A DNA stretch of 64,000 nt. It comes from Candidatus Poribacteria bacterium. Its GTDB lineage: Bacteria; Poribacteria; WGA-4E; WGA-3G. The stretch is taken from assembly GCA_963663765.2 (NCBI GenBank), contig CAXXUA010000005.1:288001-352000 (forward strand). The letters run 5' to 3'. Positions 1 to 9,360 of the stretch are shown one piece after another. Numbering within the stretch: the first letter of the stretch is position 1; each line of letters starts with the position of its first letter. The position numbers were made by a program, and so were the translations under genes. Below the pieces are notes generated by a model. The model had not been told where the DNA came from. It saw nothing but the letters and a program-made list of their open reading frames with translations, and did not search any database.

Positions 1-2
1 CA

Positions 3-965
3 GTTATAAAAATTGAAGGTGATGAAGGCTTTCCTTTTCTTACATTCGCTGATGCGTCTAAGATTCATGTTGGACAATTTGCAATCGCTATCGGAGATCC
101 AATCGGATACAGATATACAGTAACCGCTGGAATCGTTGGCGGAACAGAACGTTGTTACCACCGAAAAACAAAACTCTTTCAATATCACCGAAATTACATC
201 CAAACAGATGCTTGGATAAATCCCGGTAGTAGTGGTGGTCCATTGCTCAATATCAAAGGTGAAGTCATAGGTATTAATACTCTTAATCCAGGCGAAGGTT
301 CAACACTAGCCATAAATATTGGCCTTGCAGAAAAAATTAGCAAAAATCTTATGGCACACGAAAGAATCGTCCGTGGATATATTGATGCCGGATTACGTTC
401 AGTCTCAAATGGAGTCAAAATTACAAGGGTAAAACCAAACACACATGTCGCAAAGTGTGGTTTAAAACGTAATGATATCATCATTGAATTTGATGGCAAA
501 CAGATATCAAACCTTGATGATTTTGAACTCAGTTTCATAGACTGCCAGATTGGAAAACAATCCCCTATCAAAGTACTACGAGATGGACAAGAAGTTACAC
601 TAAATGTACTTATTGATGAGATGCCACTTGAAATGGTCGGTAGGTCCGCAAATACTGATTCCGCATGTTGGAGAAAACTCGGTTTGGCTGTGCGGAAGGT
701 AGAGAACGCTATTCATCAAAGATATGCTTATTTCACCGAAGATGACCGCGGCATTCTCGTTGAACAGGTAAAGAAAGATTCAATCGCATCCAAGGCTAAC
801 ATACCAAAAGGCGCACTCATCGTCGCAATCAACGGAAAAGAAATCGCAGATGAAAATTCTATTGAGACCCTTCTAAAAGATAAACAAGATATGCAAGAAT
901 TGATTCTTGATATTAAAAGTGTCAATGGTGAAAAAAAAGTAACTGTTAAGTTAGGAAAAAGTTGA
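3..965 (+). CDS. HtrA/DegQ-family serine protease with PDZ domains (5' part lies outside the window)
   Basis: Frame 3 is open from base 3: VGQFAIAIGDPIG...IQTDAWINPGSSGGPLLN, followed by two PDZ-like regions; paralog of the next gene. Confidence 0.85.
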   Translation, partial: VIKIEGDEGFPFLTFADASKIHVGQFAIAIGDPIGYRYTVTAGIVGGTERCYHRKTKLFQYHRNYIQTDAWINPGSSGGPLLNIKGEVIGINTLNPGEGSTLAINIGLAEKISKNLMAHERIVRGYIDAGLRSVSNGVKITRVKPNTHVAKCGLKRNDIIIEFDGKQISNLDDFELSFIDCQIGKQSPIKVLRDGQEVTLNVLIDEMPLEMVGRSANTDSACWRKLGLAVRKVENAIHQRYAYFTEDDRGILVEQVKKDSIASKANIPKGALIVAINGKEIADENSIETLLKDKQDMQELILDIKSVNGEKKVTVKLGKS

Positions 966-1235
966 ACAAACCTAAGGGAATTCATGACTATACAAGAATC
1001 AACACATCACTGATTGGCGTACTCACGCAGTACGCCAACCTCCAATCATTAAAAACTGCTATTAATTGTCCTTGAAAACCTAATATTTACTATAATCTTG
1101 AAAAATACTATAACCTATCTCATAAATCGTAGGAGGGGTTTCTAACCCCGATTTACCGCACACGCGATTCGGTGAATTTAGACAAATAACAAATTGCATT
1201 TTTGAGATACACTCTAACTGCAAGGGGAATGTTTA

Positions 1236-2564
1236 ATGGAAAATAAGATATATTGTCTTATCACACTTTTCTTCATAATCACAATCGCTTCGTGTGCATA
1301 TCAAATTGATACACCAACTAATTTGGAGATGTTAAGTGCAATTGAAGATGCTTTTGTTGAAATAGCACAGAACAGCAAACCTGCAATTGTCGGTGTTTTG
1401 GCAATAAATTCAGACAGGAGATTAAATCGATTCGGTTCAGGGTTCTTTTTCCGGGAAGATGGTTATATATTGACAAATGACCATATAATTAATAACGGTG
1501 ATCGTTTCTCTGTCCGACTTTTAGACGGAGATATACTTGATGCAAAATTAGTTGGTTCTGATATTATCACCGATGTTGCAGTACTAAAGGTTGATAGAGA
1601 TGAGGAATTCCCGTTTCTTCCGTTAGCTGATTCAACAAAGGTACGTGTAGGACAATTTACCATCGCTATAGGTAATCCTTTTCAACTAAATTATTCTGTA
1701 ACAACTGGGGTTGTCAGCGGTACTGGACGTTCAGTTCTTGGTGGATTACGTATGATTCGCTACCAAGACTTCATACAGACTGATGCGTGGATCAATACCG
1801 GCAGCAGTGGTGGTCCTCTGTTAAATATCTATGGAGAAGTAATCGGGATCAATGCACTCATTCGTAAAGAAGAAAATACACCTGCACCAGTCAAAGCAGG
1901 TGCAGGATTCGCAATTCCAAGCAGCCTCGTAGAAAAAATTGGAACTGAATTAATCGCTAAGGGGAAAATAATCCGGGGCTACTTAGGTATAACTATGAGA
2001 GAGGTAGAGCAAGGCATCCACGTTGATCGCGTCGGACCGGGAACACCAGCTGACAAGGCAGGTCTAAGACGACGGGATGTTATCACTGAATATAACGGAG
2101 TAAAGGTAAAGAATTCAGCAAAGTTCCAGCTACTCATCGCAGAAACGCAGGTCGGTAATAAATCTATCATCAAGGTGTTACGCGGTGGACAGGAAAGAAC
2201 CCTCAACGTAACTATTACTGAGATGCCACCAGAAATGGTCGGATTGCCTTTTGAAGAAAATTCAGTTTCATGGAAAATACTCGGGTTAGCTGTGCGGAAA
2301 CTGGAAAAACGCGACGCTGATAGATATACCTACTTAACAGAAAATGATCAAGGGGTTATCATTGAACGGGTGAAACAGGACGCACCAGCATACAACGCGA
2401 AAATTCCCAGAGGTGCACTAATACTCGCTATCAATGGTGAAAAAATCACTGATGTTAATAGGCTTGAATCGGTGCTTCAATCCAAACAGAACGCTGAAGA
2501 ACTAATGGTTGAAATTAAAAGCAGCCATGGAACAGAAAAATTGAAAGTGTTGTTACAAGAATAA
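1236..2564 (+). CDS. HtrA/DegQ-family serine protease, probable lipoprotein, two PDZ domains
   Basis: Lipobox-like IASC; GSGF, ILTNDH, TDVAVLK and INTGSSGGPL triad motifs. Confidence 0.9.
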   Translation: MENKIYCLITLFFIITIASCAYQIDTPTNLEMLSAIEDAFVEIAQNSKPAIVGVLAINSDRRLNRFGSGFFFREDGYILTNDHIINNGDRFSVRLLDGDILDAKLVGSDIITDVAVLKVDRDEEFPFLPLADSTKVRVGQFTIAIGNPFQLNYSVTTGVVSGTGRSVLGGLRMIRYQDFIQTDAWINTGSSGGPLLNIYGEVIGINALIRKEENTPAPVKAGAGFAIPSSLVEKIGTELIAKGKIIRGYLGITMREVEQGIHVDRVGPGTPADKAGLRRRDVITEYNGVKVKNSAKFQLLIAETQVGNKSIIKVLRGGQERTLNVTITEMPPEMVGLPFEENSVSWKILGLAVRKLEKRDADRYTYLTENDQGVIIERVKQDAPAYNAKIPRGALILAINGEKITDVNRLESVLQSKQNAEELMVEIKSSHGTEKLKVLLQE

Positions 2565-2576
2565 TTACCAAAACAC

Positions 2577-4565
2577 ATGGCACAAACACCGAAAACATTA
2601 ACGCTCAAAGATATTTTTAGCCCAGGGGGTATCATCTCACAGCAGCTACCTGGATACGAATATCGTGACGAGCAACTCCTTATGGCAAATGCCGTTGCAC
2701 GTGCATTTGCTGCATCAGAACATCTGATCGTTGAAGCTGGCACAGGTGTTGGAAAGAGTTTTGCATATCTAATACCAGCGATCTCACTTGCGGCAAAAAA
2801 AGAACAGACAGTTGTCATTTCAACGAATACAATCAGTCTACAGGAACAACTCGTTACAAAGGATATTCCGTTTCTACAAAAAGTTCTACCGCGTGATTTT
2901 AAAGCAGTACTCGCAAAGGGAAGAAGTAACTACCTTTCACGAAGACGACTGAACAGTCTACTCACATTTGAACACGGTTTATTTGATACAATGGATGAGG
3001 TAGAACAGGTCAAAACAATTGTGGAGTGGGTTGAGAACACAGAAGACGGTAGTCGCGCAGATTTACCAATACAACCTCGGTCCCATATTTGGAGTAAGGT
3101 CGCCTCCGACAGAGATAACTGTCTCGGTCGTAAGTGTCCCACCTACGATGTCTGCTTCTACTTCAATGCACGGAGCGAAATGCACGAAGCGGACCTCTTG
3201 ATTGTCAACCACCACCTGCTTTTCAGTGACCTCACACTTCGACATATCGATCCTGCTGCTGGAATCCTCCCAGATTATGACTATCTGGTCATAGATGAAG
3301 CACATCACCTTGAGGCAATAGCAACACGTCATAGCAGCCTGGAAATCAGCAACTCACAAATCAAGTGGTTATACGATTCACTCCTCAGTCCAAGAAACGA
3401 AGACAGCGGCACCGCTGCACGATTCAATTCAGCACAACTTGCTGACGCGGTTGACGAAGCACGGAAACAAACGAACGCGTTTTTTGGTGCTGTTGAAGTC
3501 TATTTTGCAGGTTTAGATACTTATGCGACGACGCAACGGATTGATGAAAACAATACAACAAATGTGTTTCCACAAGGAAATACTTTGGATCAACCTTTGG
3601 CACAAATTGAAAAAACCCTAAAAGAACTCCTTGATAATGATGCTGCAACTGAGGACGATGAACAGGAACTTATATCTTATGTTAACCAGTGCAGACGGCT
3701 TAGAGAAGAACTGGACTTGATGATTCAGCAGCATGATTCAGATTTTATCTATTGGGTAGAATCCTCTTCGTGGGGACGATCTCCTCGCATCCTCCTAAAC
3801 GCTACACCCGTATATGTTAGCCAAAGGTTAAATGAATCTCTTTTTGATGTGAAAGAGGCTGTTGTAATGACAAGCGCAACGTTGTCAACTAACAACAACT
3901 TTGAGTACTTTAAAAAACGGATTGGTATAGATACATGTCGTGAACTTCTTGTACATTCCCCTTTTGACTTTAAGGAACAGGTAAAAATCCACATTCCACG
4001 CACGATGCCTGACCCCAATAGCATTGAGTTTATCCCCGCTGCCGTTCAAGAAATCAAACATTATCTCAAATTGACGCACGGTAAAGCCTTTGTCCTGTTT
4101 ACAAGCTACAAAATGATGGACGAAGTCTACGAGGAGGTTGAACCGTTTCTCTCTGAAATAGGGATTGATGTTTTCAAACAGGGGGGTGAATTGTCACGAA
4201 CAGATATGTTAGAAGCGTTCCGAGAGGATACCGATTCTGTGCTGTTCGGTACGTCCAGTTTCTGGGAAGGTGTTGATGTGCGGGGTGAGGCACTCAGCAA
4301 TGTCGTGATTACAAGACTCCCGTTTGAGGTGCCAACACATCCAGTCATGGCAGCACGAGTCAAACAGATTAAGGAACAAGGTGGAAATGAATTCTATGAA
4401 TTCAGTTTACCTGAAGCAATACTACGTCTCAAGCAGGGGTTTGGAAGGTTGATCCGCACACAAACAGACAAAGGTATTGTTGTAATTTTAGATCCACGGA
4501 TTCGGACACGCAGTTATGGCAAGCAGTTCATAGATTCTCTGCCTCCTTGTGAAATCGTCGCATAA
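2577..4565 (+). CDS. DinG/YoaA-family ATP-dependent helicase
   Basis: EAGTGVGKS, DEAHH, SATL, FWEGVD and QGFGRLIR motifs. Confidence 0.92.
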   Translation: MAQTPKTLTLKDIFSPGGIISQQLPGYEYRDEQLLMANAVARAFAASEHLIVEAGTGVGKSFAYLIPAISLAAKKEQTVVISTNTISLQEQLVTKDIPFLQKVLPRDFKAVLAKGRSNYLSRRRLNSLLTFEHGLFDTMDEVEQVKTIVEWVENTEDGSRADLPIQPRSHIWSKVASDRDNCLGRKCPTYDVCFYFNARSEMHEADLLIVNHHLLFSDLTLRHIDPAAGILPDYDYLVIDEAHHLEAIATRHSSLEISNSQIKWLYDSLLSPRNEDSGTAARFNSAQLADAVDEARKQTNAFFGAVEVYFAGLDTYATTQRIDENNTTNVFPQGNTLDQPLAQIEKTLKELLDNDAATEDDEQELISYVNQCRRLREELDLMIQQHDSDFIYWVESSSWGRSPRILLNATPVYVSQRLNESLFDVKEAVVMTSATLSTNNNFEYFKKRIGIDTCRELLVHSPFDFKEQVKIHIPRTMPDPNSIEFIPAAVQEIKHYLKLTHGKAFVLFTSYKMMDEVYEEVEPFLSEIGIDVFKQGGELSRTDMLEAFREDTDSVLFGTSSFWEGVDVRGEALSNVVITRLPFEVPTHPVMAARVKQIKEQGGNEFYEFSLPEAILRLKQGFGRLIRTQTDKGIVVILDPRIRTRSYGKQFIDSLPPCEIVA

Positions 4566-4718
4566 ATAGAGTATGACTTATGAATACGGTAGAATAACAA
4601 TGGTCTTGAGTCCCTTCAGTCTTGAACTTGTAATTTTGTAATTCAAAAGTCAATAGACGATCTTGGTCTATCGTTGCAACGACTCCCCTATTGTCTTCTG
4701 TTAAAAGACTAACAATGC

Positions 4719-4937
4719 CTATACACCCGTAGTTTCAATCTTACCGGGAATCTTGCTAAGAATCAGTTTTTCCATTTCAACTTTATTGCTGGCATTATCA
4801 ATGTCTATACCGACAAGTTTGCCATCGGCATCATAATCAAGAAGGACACCTTCTGAAATTTCTAAACTCTCCACACTTGGCTGCTCGGAAAAATTAATAT
4901 ACAGAGAGTCGGTTTCCGGGTAATAGTTGAGTTTCAT
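4719..4937 (-). CDS. DUF2283-family putative antitoxin
   Basis: YYPETDSLYI...LDYDADGKLVGIDI signature; ATGA overlap with the stop of the upstream split gene. Confidence 0.85.
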   Translation of the reverse strand: MKLNYYPETDSLYINFSEQPSVESLEISEGVLLDYDADGKLVGIDIDNASNKVEMEKLILSKIPGKIETTGV

Positions 4938-5005
4938 GGCTTGAATCCTCTATCTGGAAAAGCATTATGAATTGTAATTTTATCCTCAAGCGTAATAACT
5001 CTTAG

Positions 5006-6427
5006 CTGACATACTCCCCAAGCTAAAGCATGGGGGTTCTTAGTTCTTATATTGGAAACGGTTTGAGTTGTTTCCAAACGACTTTTCCTGCTTCCGTGTC
5101 TCGTGCCCTTTCCTGAACAGCGTTGGGTCTTATTTGCACTCCACAGGCGTGACTTTCGGTGTGTCCCACCGTAGTTGGTTTCAAGTTTATTGCAGCGTTG
5201 ACATCTCTATCTATAGACATATCACATTGACTGCAGTGATACATTCTTTCTGAAAGTGTTAGGTCTTTCTTTTTGTGTCCACAACCGGAACAGGTTTTAC
5301 TACTTGCAAAGAACATATCTGCTTTTGTGATGGGTATTCCTAACCTATCTGCTTTCGTCTTGAGTTTTAGTAGAAATCCACCTAATGCTGAATCAGATAA
5401 TGCTTTCGCTAATTTTCTGTTCTTCAGCATATTAATAACCTTGAGTGTCTCAATACCGATCACAGATGCGAGGTTGACAATCTCTGTAGTTGCTTTGTGG
5501 TGTGTATCGTTTCGGATACAAGCGATACGATAATGGATACGTTCAACCTTTAGTTTCTGTTTGAACCAATTGTTAGACTTGAAAACTTTTCTACTTAATC
5601 TACGTTGTTCTCTTGCTAACTTCTTTTCATATCGTTTCAGGGATCTTGGATTATCATATTTCGTGCCATCACTCAATGTGGCAAGTGTGTTTATGCCTAC
5701 ATCTATACCAATCACAGGGTGCGTTGAGTTATCAACTGCTTCGGTGTCCTCTGTTTCTATGGTGATAGATACAAACCAACGATGTGCTGTCCTTGAGATC
5801 GTCACTTTCATAATCTTACCCACAAAACGCAATGATTCAAACATGCTAATCCAACCAATCTTAGGAAGTTTGATACGCTTACCTTCAACTTCCACAGATT
5901 GATTATTTGTGGTGAATGCGTCCTTTTTGCCACGCTTCTTGAACTTCGGAAATCTCGCACGCTTACCAACCCAATTCGCAAGCGCAGCAGACAAGTTACC
6001 AAATATGCTTTTATTGGCTACAACCTGATCCATATCTTTAGTCCAAGCATGTGCTTTCTTAGCAATATTAAATCGAGTGTTTAACTTCGCAGCGGATAAG
6101 AACTCATCATTTGCCAATGCAGACTTGAAATCTGCTAATGCATGATTATATGCAAATCTCGCATAGCCACACTGTTGTGCAAACCATTTTCGTTGATTGT
6201 TATTTGGATTCAATGCAATCTTATGTGTTTTTAGCATGATCATATTCCAGTCCTATGAAGATGTCAGTTCCCTCTACTAAAGGTGTGTAGGTGTTAGTAG
6301 CACCTACACTGAACTGGTATAATGAGTATCTCATGTTTTAAACCAAAAATCAAGTTTTTTCTTGACACAAGCACTTAGCACGACTACATCCCACTACCTA
6401 AAGGTAGGGGTTTTGTCGTGATTCTTG
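5006..6427 (-). mobile_element. IS200/IS605-family TnpB-only (IS1341-like) element, 1422 bp
   Basis: Inserted 3' of TTAT with no target duplication; left end CAAGAATCACGAC...hairpin...GTCGTG; right end CCCCCATGCTTTAGCTTGGGG hairpin ending in TCAG; no tnpA; junction ambiguous by 1 nt. Confidence 0.88.
5047..6243 (-). CDS. tnpB: RNA-guided endonuclease TnpB
   Basis: RuvC motifs GIDVG, IGIETL and DRDVNAA; zinc ribbon CSGC...CSQC. Confidence 0.95.
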   Translation of the reverse strand: MIMLKTHKIALNPNNNQRKWFAQQCGYARFAYNHALADFKSALANDEFLSAAKLNTRFNIAKKAHAWTKDMDQVVANKSIFGNLSAALANWVGKRARFPKFKKRGKKDAFTTNNQSVEVEGKRIKLPKIGWISMFESLRFVGKIMKVTISRTAHRWFVSITIETEDTEAVDNSTHPVIGIDVGINTLATLSDGTKYDNPRSLKRYEKKLAREQRRLSRKVFKSNNWFKQKLKVERIHYRIACIRNDTHHKATTEIVNLASVIGIETLKVINMLKNRKLAKALSDSALGGFLLKLKTKADRLGIPITKADMFFASSKTCSGCGHKKKDLTLSERMYHCSQCDMSIDRDVNAAINLKPTTVGHTESHACGVQIRPNAVQERARDTEAGKVVWKQLKPFPI

Positions 6428-6609
6428 ATAACGACCACCGATCTCAGGAATTGCTGCCCAAAAACGGTATCTGTTATGCTCTTGCAGTTCTGAATGAATT
6501 GCGTTCTCAATTACATACACGCACCACTCTTTTTTCAAATAAGGGCGTTTTAGTAGGACTTGTTGCTCAAAATAATCTGTAAACTTAAACTCGGACATTT
6601 ACTATAATA

Positions 6610-7899
6610 TTACCCAATCTGCTTATAGCCACCCATATATGGTTGTAGTGCTTTAGGCACGCGCACAGTCCCATCCGGATTCTGATATGTTTCAAGGAGT
6701 GCTATGACAACCCGTGGCAGTGCTGTACCGGAAGCGTTTAACGTGTGGATAAACTCTGGTTTTGCACCGGGTTCTGGACGGTAACGGATGTTAGCACGAC
6801 GCGCTTGGAAAGACTCAAAGTTACTACACGAGGAGACTTCCAAAAACTTTTCACCTGCGGGTGCCCAAACCTCAATATCATAGCATTTCGCAGCAGCAAA
6901 AGAGAGTTCAACCGTACAATGCTGTACAACTCTATATGGCAATTCAAGTGCCTGAAGAACACTCTCTGCATTGGCTAACAGCGTTTCATGTTCCGCATAA
7001 GATGTCTCTGGTGTCGTAAACTTCACCATTTCAACCTTGTCAAACTGATGGATACGTTGTAGACCACGTGTGTCCTTCCCATACGCTCCAGCTTCACGAC
7101 GGAAACAGGGGGTGTAAGCAGTATAGTAGATTGGCAAATCATCGGAAGAAAGTATTTCACCTGCAAATAGATTAGTCACAGGAACTTCCGCAGTTGGAAT
7201 CAGAAACAGATCTGTATCAGGATTCGCTTCGTCTCTATCACATCGATACATATCCGCTTCAAGTTTAGGGATTTGACCTGTACCTGTCATCGTAGGACGG
7301 TTCGCAAGGAAAGGTGGGGATATTTCGGTATATCCGTGTTGGGTGGTGTGCATGTCAAGCATGAACTGGATCAGAGCACGTTCCAATCTTGCTCCTAATC
7401 CTTTGAAAACAACAAAATTGCTGCCAGCAACCTTGGCACCGCGCTGAAAATCCACAATATCCAACGCCTCCGCTATTTCCCAATGCGGTTTCAGTTCAAA
7501 GTCAAAACTCGGTTTATTGCCCCATGTCTTGAGTTCAATGTTATCCGCTTCACCCGTGCCAAACGGAGTAGTTTCCTCTGGTATATTCGGTATTGTCAAC
7601 AGAATAGCATCTATCTCTGATTTGAGTTGGGTGGCTTCGGCGTTACGTTCCTTGATTTCTTGGGAGAGTGTGCGCATCTCTGCAATCGTTTCAGTTGCGT
7701 CCTGCTTCTCTTTCTTTAGTTGGGCAATCTGTTGGGAGGCCTGATTTTGATGTGCTTTGAGTGTCTGAGTATGTGTAAGGTTCTCGCGCCAACGCGTATC
7801 CAAGTCTATCAGTTTATCTAAGTCTGCTTCAGTCTGTCGATCTGATAACATCTTCCGAACAGCACCAGTATTTTCACGAATATATTTGAGGTCAAGCAC
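6610..7899 (-). CDS. serS: Serine--tRNA ligase
   Basis: MLDLKYIR, LIPTAEVP, FRREAG, HQFDKVE and HTLNAS motifs. Confidence 0.97.
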   Translation of the reverse strand: MLDLKYIRENTGAVRKMLSDRQTEADLDKLIDLDTRWRENLTHTQTLKAHQNQASQQIAQLKKEKQDATETIAEMRTLSQEIKERNAEATQLKSEIDAILLTIPNIPEETTPFGTGEADNIELKTWGNKPSFDFELKPHWEIAEALDIVDFQRGAKVAGSNFVVFKGLGARLERALIQFMLDMHTTQHGYTEISPPFLANRPTMTGTGQIPKLEADMYRCDRDEANPDTDLFLIPTAEVPVTNLFAGEILSSDDLPIYYTAYTPCFRREAGAYGKDTRGLQRIHQFDKVEMVKFTTPETSYAEHETLLANAESVLQALELPYRVVQHCTVELSFAAAKCYDIEVWAPAGEKFLEVSSCSNFESFQARRANIRYRPEPGAKPEFIHTLNASGTALPRVVIALLETYQNPDGTVRVPKALQPYMGGYKQIG

Positions 7900-7996
7900 T
7901 GCGGTTCTGCTCCTCTGTTTTTATGTTGTTTGTGACAGTAAACCTATAAAGAAAAACAGTTACAACCTCGGTAGACAATCTTTAGCTGTTCTGTTC

Positions 7997-8728
7997 TTAA
8001 TGATCAGTACGCCAGCTATACTGTTGCCAATAGTCCGGGGTATCAAGTTCTTGAAGATGTTTTTCTATTTCAGTGATGATGTCAGTGTCGGTTGTAAGTT
8101 TCAAAATTTTCAGAAAATCTGATTTCGCTTCCTGCATTCGTCCTAAAAAACCCTTTGTCTCACCTCGGATTTTGTAAGTTATTACATCATCAGGGTTATG
8201 TCGAAGTTTCTCATCAAACCCTGCAATCCCTTCCTCGTAAAAATTCAAGATATCTTTCGCATTCTGTCGTTCTGAAAGAATTTCAGGAGCACCTGGATCG
8301 ATCTTTAGTGCTTCATCGTAATCGGCGATTGCAGCTTCATATTGATCCAAATTATATTTCGCATTTCCTCGCCTGTAGTAGGTATCAGGAAGGTAGCGGA
8401 AATTAGGATTTATTCGTAACACTTCGTCAAAGTCTGAAATCGCAGAACGGAGTCCCGCACACCGATCAGCAACCAGAAACTCGCGGAGTGCCAGGTAGTC
8501 TTTCAGACATGCCCGATGGAAATACGCTTCAGCGAAATTCGGATTGAGGCGAAGTGCCTCATCGTAATCAGTAATTGCAGATGGATCTGGATCTAATAAA
8601 ACCCTTGCAAACCCTCGATCGAAGTAGGCTTCAGCAGAATCTGGATTTAGTCGAATTGCTTCATCATATTCAGCAAAAATTGGCGTTTCGGGGTGATTTC
8701 TGATCTGCATAGTGTTACACTCCATCAT
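7997..8728 (-). CDS. Tetratricopeptide repeat protein
   Basis: Repeated AEAYFxRG...AIxDYDEALRLNP units. Confidence 0.88.
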   Translation of the reverse strand: MMECNTMQIRNHPETPIFAEYDEAIRLNPDSAEAYFDRGFARVLLDPDPSAITDYDEALRLNPNFAEAYFHRACLKDYLALREFLVADRCAGLRSAISDFDEVLRINPNFRYLPDTYYRRGNAKYNLDQYEAAIADYDEALKIDPGAPEILSERQNAKDILNFYEEGIAGFDEKLRHNPDDVITYKIRGETKGFLGRMQEAKSDFLKILKLTTDTDIITEIEKHLQELDTPDYWQQYSWRTDH

Positions 8729-8792
8729 ATTTGTAACGAAAAAACCACAGTGTTGTGCTGCACAACCTGTGGCTAATTCATTGTAACATAAA

Positions 8793-8868
8793 CGGGCCCG
8801 ACGGGACTTGAACCCGCGACCTCCTGCGTGACAGGCAGGCGCGCTAAACCAATCTGCGCCACGAGCCC
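8793..8868 (-). tRNA. tRNA-Asp(GTC), CCA not encoded
   Basis: GGGCTCGTGGCGCAGATTGG...CCTGC CT GTC AC GCAGG...GGTTCAAGTCCC cloverleaf. Confidence 0.93.
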
Positions 8869-8887
8869 ATAAGAAGCCTCAAACGAG

Positions 8888-8961
8888 TAGGCGGGACAGG
8901 ACTTGAACCTGTGACCTACAGCTTGTAAGGCTGTCGCTCTAGCCACCTGAGCTACCCGCCC
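8888..8961 (-). tRNA. tRNA-Val(TAC), CCA not encoded
   Basis: GGGCGGGTAGCTCAG...ACAGC CT TAC AA GCTGT...GGTTCAAGTCC cloverleaf. Confidence 0.93.
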
Positions 8962-9003
8962 AAAATGAGATTGTTACCACATCTCATCTCAAGGACGATA
9001 TTA

Positions 9004-9032
9004 AGTATAACACATCGTTTTAAGTTTGTCAA
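9004..9032 (-). promoter_or_regulatory. Sigma70-type promoter of the tRNA-Val/Asp pair
   Basis: TTGACA-17 nt-TATACT. Confidence 0.75.
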
Positions 9033-9080
9033 GAAAAATTGATTTTTTGACAGTACGAAAGTTCAGACTAATTTTTTGAC

Positions 9081-9200
9081 AGGACTTACGCACCTAACGG
9101 TAGGTGCGCTTTGAAAGCGCACTGGAAACCAAAAAAATGCTGAAAATTACACCATTTTCGTCATAATTCTTCATCAAATCATGAAAACTGCGTAAGTCTT
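9081..9200. repeat. MITE-like unit enclosing a GTAG REP hairpin
   Basis: Inverted ends GACTTACGCA / TGCGTAAGTC around GTAGGTGCGCTTTGAAAGCGCAC. Confidence 0.6.
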
Positions 9201-9360
9201 GATGGATATAAATTCGCACAACTGAGTAGTCTTTTTTAGTAACGATAACCACAAAATTTTCGTTTTATTTTATGCTAAATATACTAAAAAAATAAAAAGA
9301 AAAATAAGATTTCCGCTGTTTATTAGAAATAGCAAATAAACAGATTGAGGAGTAAGAAAC

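Larger units (their letters stand above)
4934..6598 (-). pseudogene. Putative toxin (DUF4258/BrnT-like partner of DUF2283) split by the TnpB element; 5' part 6428-6598, 3' part 4934-5005
   Basis: Joining the flanks gives an in-frame 80-aa ORF ...EIGGRY|LRVITLEDKITIHNAFPDRGFKP*. Confidence 0.8.

Noticed and set aside
6398-6598. 66-aa ORF as a stand-alone gene
   Set aside because: Its last nine residues come from the IS left end; it is the 5' half of the interrupted gene.
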